Source: Vulcanimicrobiota bacterium (GTDB taxonomy: Bacteria > Vulcanimicrobiota > Vulcanimicrobiia > Vulcanimicrobiales > Vulcanimicrobiaceae). Taken from it: 64,000 nucleotides of DNA. Shown here one piece after another: positions 46,148-56,723 of this stretch. The stretch is from assembly GCA_963795855.1 (NCBI GenBank), contig CAWCIZ010000003.1, forward strand, positions 192,001 to 256,000. Direction: 5' to 3'. The notes under the pieces were generated by a model. That model saw nothing but the letters and a program-made list of their open reading frames with translations, made no database searches and was not told the origin of the DNA. The first letter of the stretch is position 1. Each line of letters opens with the position of its first letter. Made by a program: the position numbers and the translations under genes.

Positions 46148-48397
46148 ATGCTCAGACGTGCACTTGCGCCTCTTCTGATTGCCGCAGCCGCCGGGAGCGC
46201 CGCAGCGGCGGCCGGGGGCGTGGTCATCCTTCCCAACGCATGGCGTCTCTCACCCGCCGCCGGTCCCGCCATCGGCACCGGGACGATGCCGCAGGGCCTT
46301 GCGCTCTCGCCCGACGGCAGAACGCTCGCAGTCGTCGAGTCGGGCGTGAATCCGCCGGCACTGCGGCTGCTCGAGACTCCGGGCTTGCGCGAAATCAAAG
46401 TCATTCCGCTTGACGGCGCGTTCGGCAAACCGGTCTGGCGCGATGCGACGCACGTTCTGGTGGCCGGCGCAAATACCGACAGCATACTGAACGTCGACAC
46501 GTCGAACGGATCGATCGCGCAGTCGTCCGCCGGGAAAGGCGCGTGGCCCGTGGCTGCGGCGATGAGCGCTTCCGGAACCATGGCGAGTGTGAACGATGGA
46601 TTCGGAAGCGTCGACGTTTCGGGAACCGCCGTGCGGACGGGAGCGCATCCTTCCGATGCGGTTTTTTCCACCGACGGTAAAACATTGTACGTTGCAAGCC
46701 GTCAACCGAGCGCGGTCGTCGCGATCGACGTCGCGTCAAAAAGCGTCACGCAAACGATTCCCGTCGGTTTGCACCCGTCGGCGCTCGCACTTTCTTCGGA
46801 CGGAAGCGAACTCTACGTCGCGGAAAGCGACGACGACGCAGTCGGCGTTATCGATACGCGCAGCAACCAGGAAGTCGCGCACGTTCCGGTCGGCCTCCAT
46901 ACGTCGCGTGCGGCCGGATACGGTGCGTCGCCGAATGCCTTAGCCGTGCACGGAGCAGACCTGTTCGTTTCGCTCGGCGCGGAAAATGCGGTGGCGGTCG
47001 TTCGCAACCGCCGCCTCGTCGAACGCATCCCGGTTGGATGGTATCCCACCGGCGTCGCGGTGGGCTCCGACGGAACCCTGTACGTGAGCAACGGCAAAGG
47101 CGAAGGCATGCCGGCGAACCCGCAGTTCAATCCGTTCCACCGTAGCGCGCCGGGATACGTCGGCTCGATAACCGTCGGTTCGGTGCGCGCGATTCCACCG
47201 TCGGCATACGCATCTGCGCGCGCGACCGCGCAAACTGCAGCGGCGATTGCGGACGCCGTGCCGGAATGGACGCCGGCGCCCGACTCCGCGACGGTTCTTC
47301 GAGCGCACGGCCCGATTCAGCACGTCATCTACGTCATCAAAGAAAACCGCTCGTACGATCAGGTGCTGGGCGACATTCCGAACGCGAACGGCGATTCGGC
47401 ACTGGTCGAGTTCGGAAGCGCGGTCACACCGAACCAGCATCTGCTGGCACGGCGGTTCGGCGTCTTCGATAACGCGTATACCGATGCGCAGGTCAGCGCG
47501 AACGGTCATAACTGGACCGATGCAGCGTTCGCAAACGATTACGTCGAGCGCTTTTGGCCGCCCAACTACGGCGGGCGCCGCGACGCGTACGACTTTCAAA
47601 GTGGGACCGCGCCCGACGTTCCGCACAACGGGTACTTGTGGGACGCCGCGGCGCGCGCACACGTCAACTTCCGCGACTACGGCGAGGACATCGACTTTCC
47701 GGGGCACGGCGTTGCAGTCGGCATCAACACATTCTCCGGGTTGCGGGGGGAGTTCGATCCGCGGTACATCGGGTGGGATTTGAACTACAGCGATCTTTCG
47801 CGCTACGCGGAGTGGAAGCGCGAGTTCGACGCGTTCGCCGCGCACGGCACGCTGCCCCAGCTCGAGATCGTGTATCTTCCGAACGATCATACGTACGGAA
47901 CGGCGCCGGGGCACCTTACGCCGCAGGCGTACATCGCAACGAACGACCAGGCAGTCGGAAAACTCGTTCAAACCGTGTCGCACTCGCGCTATTGGAAGAG
48001 CACGGCGATCTTCATTCTCGAAGACGACGCGCAAAACGGCCCGGATCACGTCAGCGATCAGCGGTCGACGTTTTACGTCGCGAGCCCCTATGCGCGAGGC
48101 GGAGTGCAGCATGGGCATTACTCGACGGTGAGCTTCGTGCGCACGATCGAACTGCTGCTCGGAATTCCGCCGCTCTCGATATACGATGCGACGGCGCGCC
48201 CGCTGTACGACGCATTTGCGACACACGCGGTGAACGCGGCGCAGTTCGACGCGGTGCCGGCGCGCACACCGCTCACTGCGACGAATAAGAAAACCGCGTA
48301 CGGCGCGGCGCTCAGCGCGAGGCTCGATTTCACACACCCGGATGCCGTCGATCCGAACGTTTTGAACGACATTCTCGCGCACGCGAGGCAACGGTAA
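46148..48397 (+). CDS. Secreted YncE beta-propeller + phosphoesterase (alkaline phosphatase superfamily)
   Basis: Signal peptide, repeated (I/V)PVG..P propeller blades, HVIYVIKENRSYDQ, S.NGH.W, LPNDHT, EDDAQNGPDHV. Confidence 0.88.
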   Translation: MLRRALAPLLIAAAAGSAAAAAGGVVILPNAWRLSPAAGPAIGTGTMPQGLALSPDGRTLAVVESGVNPPALRLLETPGLREIKVIPLDGAFGKPVWRDATHVLVAGANTDSILNVDTSNGSIAQSSAGKGAWPVAAAMSASGTMASVNDGFGSVDVSGTAVRTGAHPSDAVFSTDGKTLYVASRQPSAVVAIDVASKSVTQTIPVGLHPSALALSSDGSELYVAESDDDAVGVIDTRSNQEVAHVPVGLHTSRAAGYGASPNALAVHGADLFVSLGAENAVAVVRNRRLVERIPVGWYPTGVAVGSDGTLYVSNGKGEGMPANPQFNPFHRSAPGYVGSITVGSVRAIPPSAYASARATAQTAAAIADAVPEWTPAPDSATVLRAHGPIQHVIYVIKENRSYDQVLGDIPNANGDSALVEFGSAVTPNQHLLARRFGVFDNAYTDAQVSANGHNWTDAAFANDYVERFWPPNYGGRRDAYDFQSGTAPDVPHNGYLWDAAARAHVNFRDYGEDIDFPGHGVAVGINTFSGLRGEFDPRYIGWDLNYSDLSRYAEWKREFDAFAAHGTLPQLEIVYLPNDHTYGTAPGHLTPQAYIATNDQAVGKLVQTVSHSRYWKSTAIFILEDDAQNGPDHVSDQRSTFYVASPYARGGVQHGHYSTVSFVRTIELLLGIPPLSIYDATARPLYDAFATHAVNAAQFDAVPARTPLTATNKKTAYGAALSARLDFTHPDAVDPNVLNDILAHARQR

Positions 48398-49111
48398 GTG
48401 CATGCATGGGTCGCGGCGGGAACGACGTTCCTCGCCTCGGCGCTCGAGTTCGTAGAAGCGGCCACCATCGTGCTCGCGGTGGGATACACCGCCGGCTGGC
48501 GCACTGCGCTTACGGCAACGGCGTGGGCTGTTGCGGTCTTGATCGTCATCACCGGCGTGCTCGGTCCCGCGCTAGTGTACTGGGTTCCGCTCGGCGCTCT
48601 GCAAACCGGTATCGGGATCTTCCTGATGCTCTTCGGGTACACGTGGCTTCGCAAAGCGATTTGGCGCTACGCCGGGCGCAAAGCTCTGCGCGACGAGGAG
48701 GCGGCATTCAACGCCGAGATCGACGACCTGCGTAATCACGAGAAGCGCTTCGCGTTTGCCACCGCGTTCAACGGCGTACTGCTCGAGGGGCTCGAGGTCG
48801 CGATCATCGTCATCACGTTTTCCGCCGGACGAACGGGATCGTTCATCTACGCAGCGGCGGGTGCGCTGGTCGCCGGAATTCTCGTAGTTGGTCTCGCCGC
48901 GATGCTGCGGCGCCCGTTTTCGCGCGTTCCCGAAAACGCGATGGGATTCATCGTCGGAATCATGCTGCTCTCGTTCGGAACGTTCTGGAGCGGCGAAGGC
49001 GTCGGTCTGCATTGGTGGCAGGGTGAAGGGACGCTGCTGTGGATCGTCGGGTTCTATCTCGCGTGCGCATTCGTGCTCATCACGGCTTGGAAGCGGCCGG
49101 TCCGCGCATGA
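48398..49111 (+). CDS. COG4280-like membrane protein
   Basis: FLAS..EFVEA.TIVLAVG, FG..WLRKAI.R, F.GVLLEGLEV, VPEN, SFGTFW.GEG. Confidence 0.8.
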   Translation: MHAWVAAGTTFLASALEFVEAATIVLAVGYTAGWRTALTATAWAVAVLIVITGVLGPALVYWVPLGALQTGIGIFLMLFGYTWLRKAIWRYAGRKALRDEEAAFNAEIDDLRNHEKRFAFATAFNGVLLEGLEVAIIVITFSAGRTGSFIYAAAGALVAGILVVGLAAMLRRPFSRVPENAMGFIVGIMLLSFGTFWSGEGVGLHWWQGEGTLLWIVGFYLACAFVLITAWKRPVRA

Positions 49112-49284
49112 ACCGAGCGTGGAAATTCATCGCGGGGAATTCGCGCGTGACGCCGTTCGGTATCGCCGCGGCGGTAGCGGTCGCTGTGATTTTTCGCGCC
49201 GCGCTCGGCTGGTGGGCAGCGCCGGTCTATGTTGCGATCCTGCTCGCGACGCTCGCCGCGACCACCTTCGAACCGGTACAATAA
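49108..49284 (+). CDS. Small two-TM membrane protein (58 aa)
   Basis: ATGA overlap; MNRAWKFIAGNSRVTPFGIAAAVAVAVIF... Confidence 0.6.
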   Translation: MNRAWKFIAGNSRVTPFGIAAAVAVAVIFRAALGWWAAPVYVAILLATLAATTFEPVQ

Positions 49285-49291
49285 CAAGCCC

Positions 49292-50171
49292 ATGATCGAC
49301 GAACAACCCCGCCCCGGCTTGACGACTTCCGCGCGCATCCTTGCGTACGAGGGCGGATCGGTCCGCGAAATCGTCGACGATCTCGCCACGGAGGAGCCGC
49401 TGGAGATTCGGCTCGTGACGGATGATGGAACGCGCAGCCTCGCCGTCACGATGCGCACCCCGGGAAACGATTTCGAATTGGCGGCCGGTTTTTTGCTGAG
49501 CGAAGGCATCGTTCGCAGGCGCGGAGAGATCGCGGGAATTTCCTATTGCATCGATCCGCAGATCGACGCGCAGCAGCGCTACAACATCGTGAACGTTCAA
49601 CTCGGGCCGGGCGCGAACGCGCTCCCCGAGCGCCTGGAGCGGCACTTCACCGTCAACAGCGCGTGCGGCGTCTGCGGCAAAGCGAACATCGAAGCCCTGC
49701 AGACGCGCGCGCCGCGAATAGAAGATCCGGTGCGGATTTCGACGGAGTTCGTCGCGCAATTGCCGGAGAAGATGCGGCAGGCGCAGCGCGTCTTCGAAAC
49801 GACCGGCGGTCTTCACGCCGCTGCGCTTTTCGATTCCGGCGGAACGCTGCTCGCGCTACGCGAAGACGTCGGGCGTCACAACGCGCTCGACAAGATCGCC
49901 GGGTGGGCGCTGCTCGGCGGGCGGCTTCCATTGAGCGCCTGCGTGCTGCTCGTGAGCGGTCGCGCGAGTCTACGAATTGGTGCAAAAATGCATCGTTGCG
50001 CGCATTCCCGTGCTCTGCGCGGTCTCCGCTCCGAGCAGCCTGGCCGCCGATCTCGCCGCAAATTTCGGGATGACGCTGCTCGGCTTCGTGCGCGGCGGCC
50101 GCGCAAACGTCTACGCGGGCCGCGAGCGCGTCATTTCAACGCCGCCAGAAAATCGCGCAGCAGACCGTTGA
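49292..50171 (+). CDS. fdhD: Formate dehydrogenase accessory sulfurtransferase (indel near 49970)
   Basis: [53 protein letters not shown]. Confidence 0.92.
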
Positions 50172-50904
50172 AGCGTTCGGGCGCGTCGGCATTCGTGACG
50201 TGTCCCGCATCTGGTACGATCTCGATGCGCGCGCCCGGAATGCCGGCTGCGATTTCGCGAGAGAACGAGGGCGGCGCGACGGCATCGCGCTCGCCGCACA
50301 CGACGAGAGCCGGAACGGCGATAGTTTGCAACGCGGCGCGGTAGTCGCCCGTCCAGGTCGCGCGCGTTGAAGCGATGTATGACGGAACGCTCTTGCATGC
50401 CATTTGCTCGATGGTTTCATCGCAGCGGCGGCCGGGCGGCATGCCGAGTTTTCGCGCGCGCTCGTGCGCAAAGCGCTCCATCGTTCCGGCGCTCTGTACG
50501 GCGTCGATCACCGACTGCACGTAAGCGTTCGAGTGGGGATACGACGCGAAACTGCCGACGAACGTCAACGAGCGTACGCGCTCGGGCGCGCGCTTCCACA
50601 ATTCGAATCCGACGACGCCGCCGAGGCTGCAGCCGACGAAGTGAAAGCGTGCCGCGGCGGCCGCATCTGCAACGCCGAGAACGTCGTCGACGAATGCGTC
50701 GCGCGTAATCGCGTCAGGCGGCGGGTCGGGCTTTGGAACGCCGTTTCCACGCAGCTCGATCGCCAAGCACCGATACTCCGCGCTCAGCGGCTCGAGCTGA
50801 TAGTCCCAGATCGCCGCGGTAGAGCCGACGCCGTGCACGAAGACGATGGCGTCTTGCGCTGCGCCTGAAACGCGGGCAGTTGCAGCGTTCCTCACGGTAC
50901 GCAT
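50131..50904 (-). CDS. Alpha/beta hydrolase
   Basis: FVHG, GCSLGG nucleophile elbow, G..D, AGH. Confidence 0.85.
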   Translation of the reverse strand: MRTVRNAATARVSGAAQDAIVFVHGVGSTAAIWDYQLEPLSAEYRCLAIELRGNGVPKPDPPPDAITRDAFVDDVLGVADAAAAARFHFVGCSLGGVVGFELWKRAPERVRSLTFVGSFASYPHSNAYVQSVIDAVQSAGTMERFAHERARKLGMPPGRRCDETIEQMACKSVPSYIASTRATWTGDYRAALQTIAVPALVVCGERDAVAPPSFSREIAAGIPGARIEIVPDAGHVTNADAPERFNGLLRDFLAALK

Positions 50905-52622
50905 TCGCGCTTGCGGCGCACGAATCCGAGGACCTCATCCAAAGGTCGCGCGTTCAGCACGTCGTTGCGCGTCAGACCGGCACGCCGGGCCTGACTGACC
51001 GCCAGTTCGACATTCTGCAATTGCGACACGTCGTGCGCGTCGCTGTCGACCGTGAACGTGACGCCGAACGTCTTCGCACGCGCCGCCAGCGCCCACGGCA
51101 AGTCCAGCCGAGCGGCTTGTCCGTCGATCTCGAGCGCGGTGCCGGTGCGCGCCGCCGCCGCAAAGACGGCATCGTAGTCGAATTCGTATCCGGGAAACCC
51201 TTCCAGCATGCGCCCCGTGGGGTGACCGATAATGTGTACCTGCGGGTTTTCGCAGGCGCGAATGAGCCGCCGCGTCATGTCGTCGCGCGAAATGTTGAAT
51301 GCGGAATGCACGCTGCCGACGACGATGTCGAGCTGCGATAACAACGCGTCGTCGTAGTCCAGGGAACCATCCGGTAAGATGTCGACTTCGCTGCTGCATA
51401 GGGTGCGAACGCCGAACCGTTCGCCGAGCGCGGTAACGCGTCTGCGCTGCTCGCGCAGTTCGTCCGGAGTCACGCCGTATGCCGGTCCCCGGCCTATCGA
51501 ATGATCGGAAATCGAGTGATAGTCGTACCCGCGTCGAGCGGCCGCGCCGATCATTTCTTCGAGCGTTTGGTTGCCGTCGCTGAAGGTGCAGTGCATATGA
51601 AAATCGCCGCGCACGTCGTCGAGCGCGAGCAACGCCGGCAGCTCGCCGCGTAAAGCCGAATCGACCTCACCCATGCCGCTGCGCATTTCGGGCGGCACGT
51701 ACTGCATGCCCAAGTGTTCGTACACGCCCTCTTCATGGGCGGTCGTGAAGACGTCACCCGTCTCCAAGTTCAGGATGCCGTTCTCGCTCACGCGCAGTCC
51801 TTTGCGCACCGCATGCTCGCGCACTTGAATATTGTGCTCCCGGCTTCCGGTGAAGTGCTGGAGCAGGTTGCCGTACAGGTGATCGGGCAGCACGCGCAGG
51901 TCGATCTGCAAACCGTCTTCGAGCCAGATGCTTGCCTTCGTCGGACCTTCCGCGAGCACCGCGCGCGCGCGTTGCCATTGCACGAAGCGCTCGATGACCG
52001 CCGCAGCACTATCGCAGGTGCAGACGATGTCGATGTCGCCCACGGTCGGTTCCGCACGCCGCAGGCTGCCCGCATACGTCATGCGGTGCAGCGGCGGACC
52101 GTCCTGAAGAAACGCCATGACGTCGCGCGCAACGGAAAGCGCCTTTGCCAGCGGCGTGCGCCGCTGACGGCCGCGGTATGCGAGGATGCCGCGCCGCATG
52201 TTTTCCAGCGTTTTCCGCCCCATCCGCGGCGCGCTTTCCAGCACCCCGCCGTCGATCGCTTTCTCGAGATCCGCAAGCGATGCGATGTTGTACGTTTCGA
52301 AAAGAAGCGCGGCGGTTTTGGTGCCGATGCCGGGAACGCCCAAAACTTCGAAGATCGTGAGCGGATAGCGCTGCTGCAGCGTCTCCAGCTGTTCGCACGT
52401 TCCGGTGCGCAGCAATTCGTCGATCGCAGCAGCGAGCGATTTGCCCACGCCGGGAAGCGAAGTCAGCTCGCCGGCCGCGGCGAGCTCGGCGAGCGGCGGC
52501 GCGTTCTCGACGGCGGACGCCGCGCGTTCGTATGCCGTAAACTTGTAGAACGTTTCGCCCGCGAGTTCCATGAGCGTGCGAATCCGGGTCAGCGCCTGCG
52601 CTACTTCGGTGTTGGAGAGCAC
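50892..52622 (-). CDS. polX: DNA polymerase/3'-5' exonuclease PolX (with PHP domain)
   Basis: LPGVG HhH, AGSLRR, GDIDI, QIDLR, HFTGSREHN, GDFHMH, DHS, HPTGR, SDAH. Confidence 0.93.
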   Translation of the reverse strand: MLSNTEVAQALTRIRTLMELAGETFYKFTAYERAASAVENAPPLAELAAAGELTSLPGVGKSLAAAIDELLRTGTCEQLETLQQRYPLTIFEVLGVPGIGTKTAALLFETYNIASLADLEKAIDGGVLESAPRMGRKTLENMRRGILAYRGRQRRTPLAKALSVARDVMAFLQDGPPLHRMTYAGSLRRAEPTVGDIDIVCTCDSAAAVIERFVQWQRARAVLAEGPTKASIWLEDGLQIDLRVLPDHLYGNLLQHFTGSREHNIQVREHAVRKGLRVSENGILNLETGDVFTTAHEEGVYEHLGMQYVPPEMRSGMGEVDSALRGELPALLALDDVRGDFHMHCTFSDGNQTLEEMIGAAARRGYDYHSISDHSIGRGPAYGVTPDELREQRRRVTALGERFGVRTLCSSEVDILPDGSLDYDDALLSQLDIVVGSVHSAFNISRDDMTRRLIRACENPQVHIIGHPTGRMLEGFPGYEFDYDAVFAAAARTGTALEIDGQAARLDLPWALAARAKTFGVTFTVDSDAHDVSQLQNVELAVSQARRAGLTRNDVLNARPLDEVLGFVRRKRECVP

Positions 52623-52711
52623 GGTGAATGCTTCGTTTTCGCTGCGCGGCCGCCTCGCTTCCCGCCGCACGCGGGCGGGAACCGGTGGCCGGATGTCCTA
52701 TAAGACCTCAC

Positions 52712-53815
52712 GTGCCTAAGGCGAGACTCCGGCCGGAGATCTTCAATCTTCCGGTCGAAAAGATGCGCGACGGATACTACTCCGACACGTACTTCAATCG
52801 TGCGCGGCTGATTCTCGATCGCGACGGCCATCACCCGACCGTACGCATGCAGGTCTTTCAGCGCGGCGACTCCGTGCTTTGCGGCATCGACGAGGCGCTG
52901 GCGATTCTGCAGCTCTGCTCGGGGCGCCGGCGCGAAGACGGCACGTGGGAAGACGGGTGGCGGAGCCTGCGCGTGATGGCGCTGCGGGACGGCGATCGCG
53001 TCGAGCCGTACGAGACCGTGCTGACCATCGAGGGCGACTACGCACTTTTCGCGCACCTCGAAACGTGCTATTTGGGCGTGCTTTCCCGCCGTACGCGCAT
53101 TGCAACGAACGCGCGGGACATCGTCAACGCTGCGGGCGGCAAGCAAGTGCTGTTCTTTCCTGCGCGATTCGATCATCATCTGGTTCAAACCGGAGACGGA
53201 TACGCGGCATACATTTCCGGAGCGCTCGGCGTGTCGACCGATGCGAATGCGGAATGGTGGGGAGCGCGCGGCATGGGCACCGTTCCGCACGCGCTCATCG
53301 CCGCGTACGGCGGCGACACCGTGCTTGCAACGCAAAAGTTCGCGGAATACGCGGACGACGACGTGAACGTGATCTCACTCGTCGACTTCGACAACGACTG
53401 CGCCGGAACGAGCGTTGCCGTTGCGCGTGCGCTCGGCAGCCGTTTGTGGGGCGTGCGGCTCGACACGTCGGGAACGCTCGTGGACAAGTCGATATGGAAC
53501 ATGATGGGCACGTTCAAACCCACGGGCGTAATTCCGCAGCTCGTCTTCAACGTGCGCCGCGCGCTCGATGCCGAAGGTTTTTCACACGTCAAGATCGTCG
53601 TGAGCGGCGGATTCGATCCGCAAAAAATCCGGCAGTTCGAACGCGATCGCGTACCGGTCGATGCGTATGCCGTGGGCAGCGCGTTTTTCAGCGGCGCGGG
53701 CCAATTCGACTTCACCGCCGATATCGTCGCGCTCGAAGACGACGGCACGTGGAAGGAATGTCATAAGGTCGGGCGCCCGGAACGCCGGAATGCCGGTTTG
53801 GAGCTCGTGCAGTAG
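52712..53815 (+). CDS. Nicotinate phosphoribosyltransferase-like protein
   Basis: YSDTYF, ARFDH, GTVPHALI, LVDFDND, GVRLDT, IVVSGG, DFTADIV. Confidence 0.8.
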   Translation: MPKARLRPEIFNLPVEKMRDGYYSDTYFNRARLILDRDGHHPTVRMQVFQRGDSVLCGIDEALAILQLCSGRRREDGTWEDGWRSLRVMALRDGDRVEPYETVLTIEGDYALFAHLETCYLGVLSRRTRIATNARDIVNAAGGKQVLFFPARFDHHLVQTGDGYAAYISGALGVSTDANAEWWGARGMGTVPHALIAAYGGDTVLATQKFAEYADDDVNVISLVDFDNDCAGTSVAVARALGSRLWGVRLDTSGTLVDKSIWNMMGTFKPTGVIPQLVFNVRRALDAEGFSHVKIVVSGGFDPQKIRQFERDRVPVDAYAVGSAFFSGAGQFDFTADIVALEDDGTWKECHKVGRPERRNAGLELVQ

Positions 53816-53816
53816 C

Positions 53817-54377
53817 GTGGCGCTGCTCGAGATGCGCCAAGCCGCGCTCACTCGCGCGGGACGCAGCATCGTCGAACCACTGACGCTCGCACTCGACGAG
53901 AACGCGCGGGTCGCGCTCCCGTGCGCGAATGACGATGCGGCGTCGGCCGTCGCGCTCATCGCTGCGGGACTCGTCAAACCCACGTCCGGCCGCGTATTCA
54001 TCGCCGCTTTCGATCCACGCATTCAGCCGGTTCAGGCCAAGCGCATCGTCGGATACGTACCGCACGAAGCGCTCCCGCACGATTTTCCCTCGTTTTCCCG
54101 GTACATTGAATTTCGTGCGGCCTTGTGGGGGCTCCGGCGAGCAGAGAGTGTCGTGCGGGCGCGAGCATTGTTGAGCGAGCTCGACGGCGTGCACGAAGCT
54201 TTCGCCTATCCGCTCGTCGGCGCACTGCTCTCGCAGCCGCGGCTTCTCGTGCTCGATCGCCCGCAAAGCGCGTACGCCGAATCCATTTTTCGCACGGCGC
54301 GGAGCTGCGCGGTTTTCTCGACGCACGCGTCGGAACGCGAAGCGGAGCGCTTCCGCGGCGCGATGCTGCCGGCGTGA
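53817..54377 (+). CDS. Degenerate ABC-ATPase-like protein
   Basis: GLVKPTSG, GYVP, ALL.QP.LLVLD, STH retained; Walker A and signature motif absent. Confidence 0.6.
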   Translation: MALLEMRQAALTRAGRSIVEPLTLALDENARVALPCANDDAASAVALIAAGLVKPTSGRVFIAAFDPRIQPVQAKRIVGYVPHEALPHDFPSFSRYIEFRAALWGLRRAESVVRARALLSELDGVHEAFAYPLVGALLSQPRLLVLDRPQSAYAESIFRTARSCAVFSTHASEREAERFRGAMLPA

Positions 54378-54964
54378 AACGCGGCGCGGCGACCGCCGCG
54401 ATCGTGACCGTCCGTCTAACGAAGGAACGCGGCGTTTTGCTTGTGGCGGCCGCCGCGTGCGCGCTTCTGGCATATCTGCAGCGATACGACGACGCCTCCG
54501 TTCGCTTTGCCGGGTGCTTGGTCTGCGGAACGCTCGCCGGCATCGCGCTCGCGTTACTGCAGCGCGGCTCCGGCCGCTTTCGCGAACTGGAACTCTGCGA
54601 GCAGAGCGCGCCGCTTTACGGACGCGAACTTGCGCGCGCAACCGCGCTCGTACCGTGCATCCTCGTCACGTTCGCGCTTGCCGCGTACTGGCTCGCCGGC
54701 GCAATCTACGTTCGTATCGATCCCAGTGCTGCGGCCGCCACGGCGCTTGCCGCGTATGCCGCGACGTTGATCGCCCTCTGTGCCGGCGTGCGATCGGGCG
54801 CCGCCCGGCTGTTGTACGTCGCCATGGCGTGCGCGGTTCCGGCGCTAACGTTTGCATTGGCGCAGGCATGGGGACCGGCGGTACCCGCAACGCTTTGCGC
54901 GCTCGCCGGCTTCATCGCGCTTCGCCAATACGGCGAGGCGCTGGCACGCTACGATCCGCTCTGA
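54374..54964 (+). CDS. Hypothetical polytopic membrane protein (ABC-2 permease-like partner)
   Basis: GTGA overlap; about 6 hydrophobic segments; APLYGRELARA. Confidence 0.55.
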   Translation: MKRGAATAAIVTVRLTKERGVLLVAAAACALLAYLQRYDDASVRFAGCLVCGTLAGIALALLQRGSGRFRELELCEQSAPLYGRELARATALVPCILVTFALAAYWLAGAIYVRIDPSAAAATALAAYAATLIALCAGVRSGAARLLYVAMACAVPALTFALAQAWGPAVPATLCALAGFIALRQYGEALARYDPL

Positions 54965-55049
54965 CATGCGGCCGCGACGACGCTGAGCCGAGCGGCGCGC
55001 AACCATGCGGCGCGTGTCGCTCCACGCGCGCCCGGGTACCGGTCTTTAC

Positions 55050-55604
55050 ATGCAAAGCGACGTAAACGTATTACCCCTGCGCGGAAATACCGTGCACGAG
55101 ATTCTCGAAAACGACCACGAGATCATCAAAAACCTGCTCCGCCGTTTGACGAACGCCGGCGCCCGGCAAGAGCGCATGCAGGTTCTCGAGCAGCTCAAAG
55201 CGGCGCTCACCATCCATAACGCGATGGAAGAAAATCTGGTCTATCCCGCGCTCGACAAAGTAGCCGGCCACAAATTCGAAACGCTGAAATTGTATAACGA
55301 AACGGCGTCAGCCGACATGCTCGTGTTCGAGATCGACACGATGCTCAAAGAGGGCGACGACGGCAAATTCGGCGAGAAAGCCGAGAAACTGAGCGCGGCG
55401 GTCTCCAAGCACATCGAAGCGGAAGAACATTCGGCGATGCCGCACTTAGAAAAAGGCGCCGATTCCCAAGAATCGCAACTGCTGCTGCAGTCGGTTCGCG
55501 ACTTCCGCGGCGCGATCAGGTTTACGCCGGGTGCTCCGGCAGGCGCGCGCAGCGAAACGGGCGAGATCGGAATGCGCTCGCCTAGTTCCACGACCCAGAG
55601 GTAA
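55050..55604 (+). CDS. Hemerythrin (HHE) domain protein
   Basis: DH, HNAMEE..VYP, HIEAEE. Confidence 0.8.
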   Translation: MQSDVNVLPLRGNTVHEILENDHEIIKNLLRRLTNAGARQERMQVLEQLKAALTIHNAMEENLVYPALDKVAGHKFETLKLYNETASADMLVFEIDTMLKEGDDGKFGEKAEKLSAAVSKHIEAEEHSAMPHLEKGADSQESQLLLQSVRDFRGAIRFTPGAPAGARSETGEIGMRSPSSTTQR

Positions 55605-55611
55605 CGCCGGG

Positions 55612-56173
55612 TTAGACCGTCGCAGACTGCGCGGAGGCAAGCTTCTCGAGCATCGCGCGATCGAATTGCGCGAGATCCTCCGCGCTGCGCGAGCTGACCC
55701 AGTTACTGTCCTGAACGACCGGCTGGTCCCGGTACAATCCGCCGGCGTTGCGGATGTCGTCGGCGATCGCATGCGCGCCCGTCAATTGGCGGCCGCGCAC
55801 GATTTGCGCGGAAATCAACACCTGCGCACCGTGGCCGACGGAAAACATCGGTTTCTTCGCCGAATCGAACTCGCGCACGAAACGCTGCACTTCCTTGTTC
55901 GCGCGTATGCTGTCCGGGGAGAATCCGCCGGGGATCAGCAGCGCGTCAAAATCTTCGCCCGTGCAATCCGCGACCAGCTCTTCCGCTTTTGCCGCATTGC
56001 CTTCGTCCAGCCCGCGCTTGCCCCGGATCTTCTGCCGCGATTTCTCGTCCAAGCCGACGATCGTCACGATTGCGCCTGCCTCTTCGAGCGCGCGCCTGGG
56101 TTCCGACAGACTGGGCATCTTCGTATCCGTCGCCGACCAGGGCGGCGATGCGTTTTCCTTCGACTGATTGCAT
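55612..56173 (-). CDS. PfpI/DJ-1 family protein lacking catalytic residues (indel near 56110)
   Basis: GKRIA.LV.DGYED, FDALLIPGG.SPD, D..VV.D.NWVSSR. Confidence 0.8.
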
Positions 56174-56216
56174 CCGGCTCCGATTCTCTCCGTGGGTTCC
56201 CGCTCCCCCGTTCAGA

Positions 56217-56723
56217 TTAGAGCGTTCCCCCTGTGTGCTGCACCGCTACGCGTAGCAAGTAGGCGAGTTCGATCTCGATCTTGCCGAGCGCGTCCAGCAG
56301 GACGTCCTCCGCAACTGCCTTGAGCGTCGCGTTGCGCTTGGTCATGTCGCCCTCCGGAACGGGGTGGCGCGGGTTGATCTCGCGCATATAAATGCGCGCA
56401 TCGTACCGGATCCGGCCCTCCGGCAAAAAGTACAGCGGATCGAGGCCGTACGCGTAGGCTTCGAGTGAAAGCAACCCGGTTTTCTGCATGAATTCGATCG
56501 GGCGCGAACGCAGCGCTTGAACGATGCGCGCCATGCCGCTGACGCCGACGCGGCGGACGCCGGCGAAGACTTCATTGAGCTCGACGAGGCTCATTCCGCA
56601 CGCATCTGCCAATAAAGGCTCGTCCACCTGACGCTCTGCGGCATAGGCGCGCAAGGCACTCCCGAACGCAATTCCCCCCGCCGTCCCGAGCGTTCCGTCC
56701 CAGGATGCGGACTCTTGGCTCAT
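56217..56723 (-). CDS. XRE-like HTH protein with unknown C-terminal domain
   Basis: FGSALR...LA.ACGMS...L..V..G.R; ATGA-type coupling to the Rieske gene. Confidence 0.5.
   Translation of the reverse strand: MSQESASWDGTLGTAGGIAFGSALRAYAAERQVDEPLLADACGMSLVELNEVFAGVRRVGVSGMARIVQALRSRPIEFMQKTGLLSLEAYAYGLDPLYFLPEGRIRYDARIYMREINPRHPVPEGDMTKRNATLKAVAEDVLLDALGKIEIELAYLLRVAVQHTGGTL

Noticed and set aside
46250..47110. Repeated sequence units in the YncE gene
   Set aside because: Ordinary beta-propeller blade repeats at protein level, not a DNA repeat array
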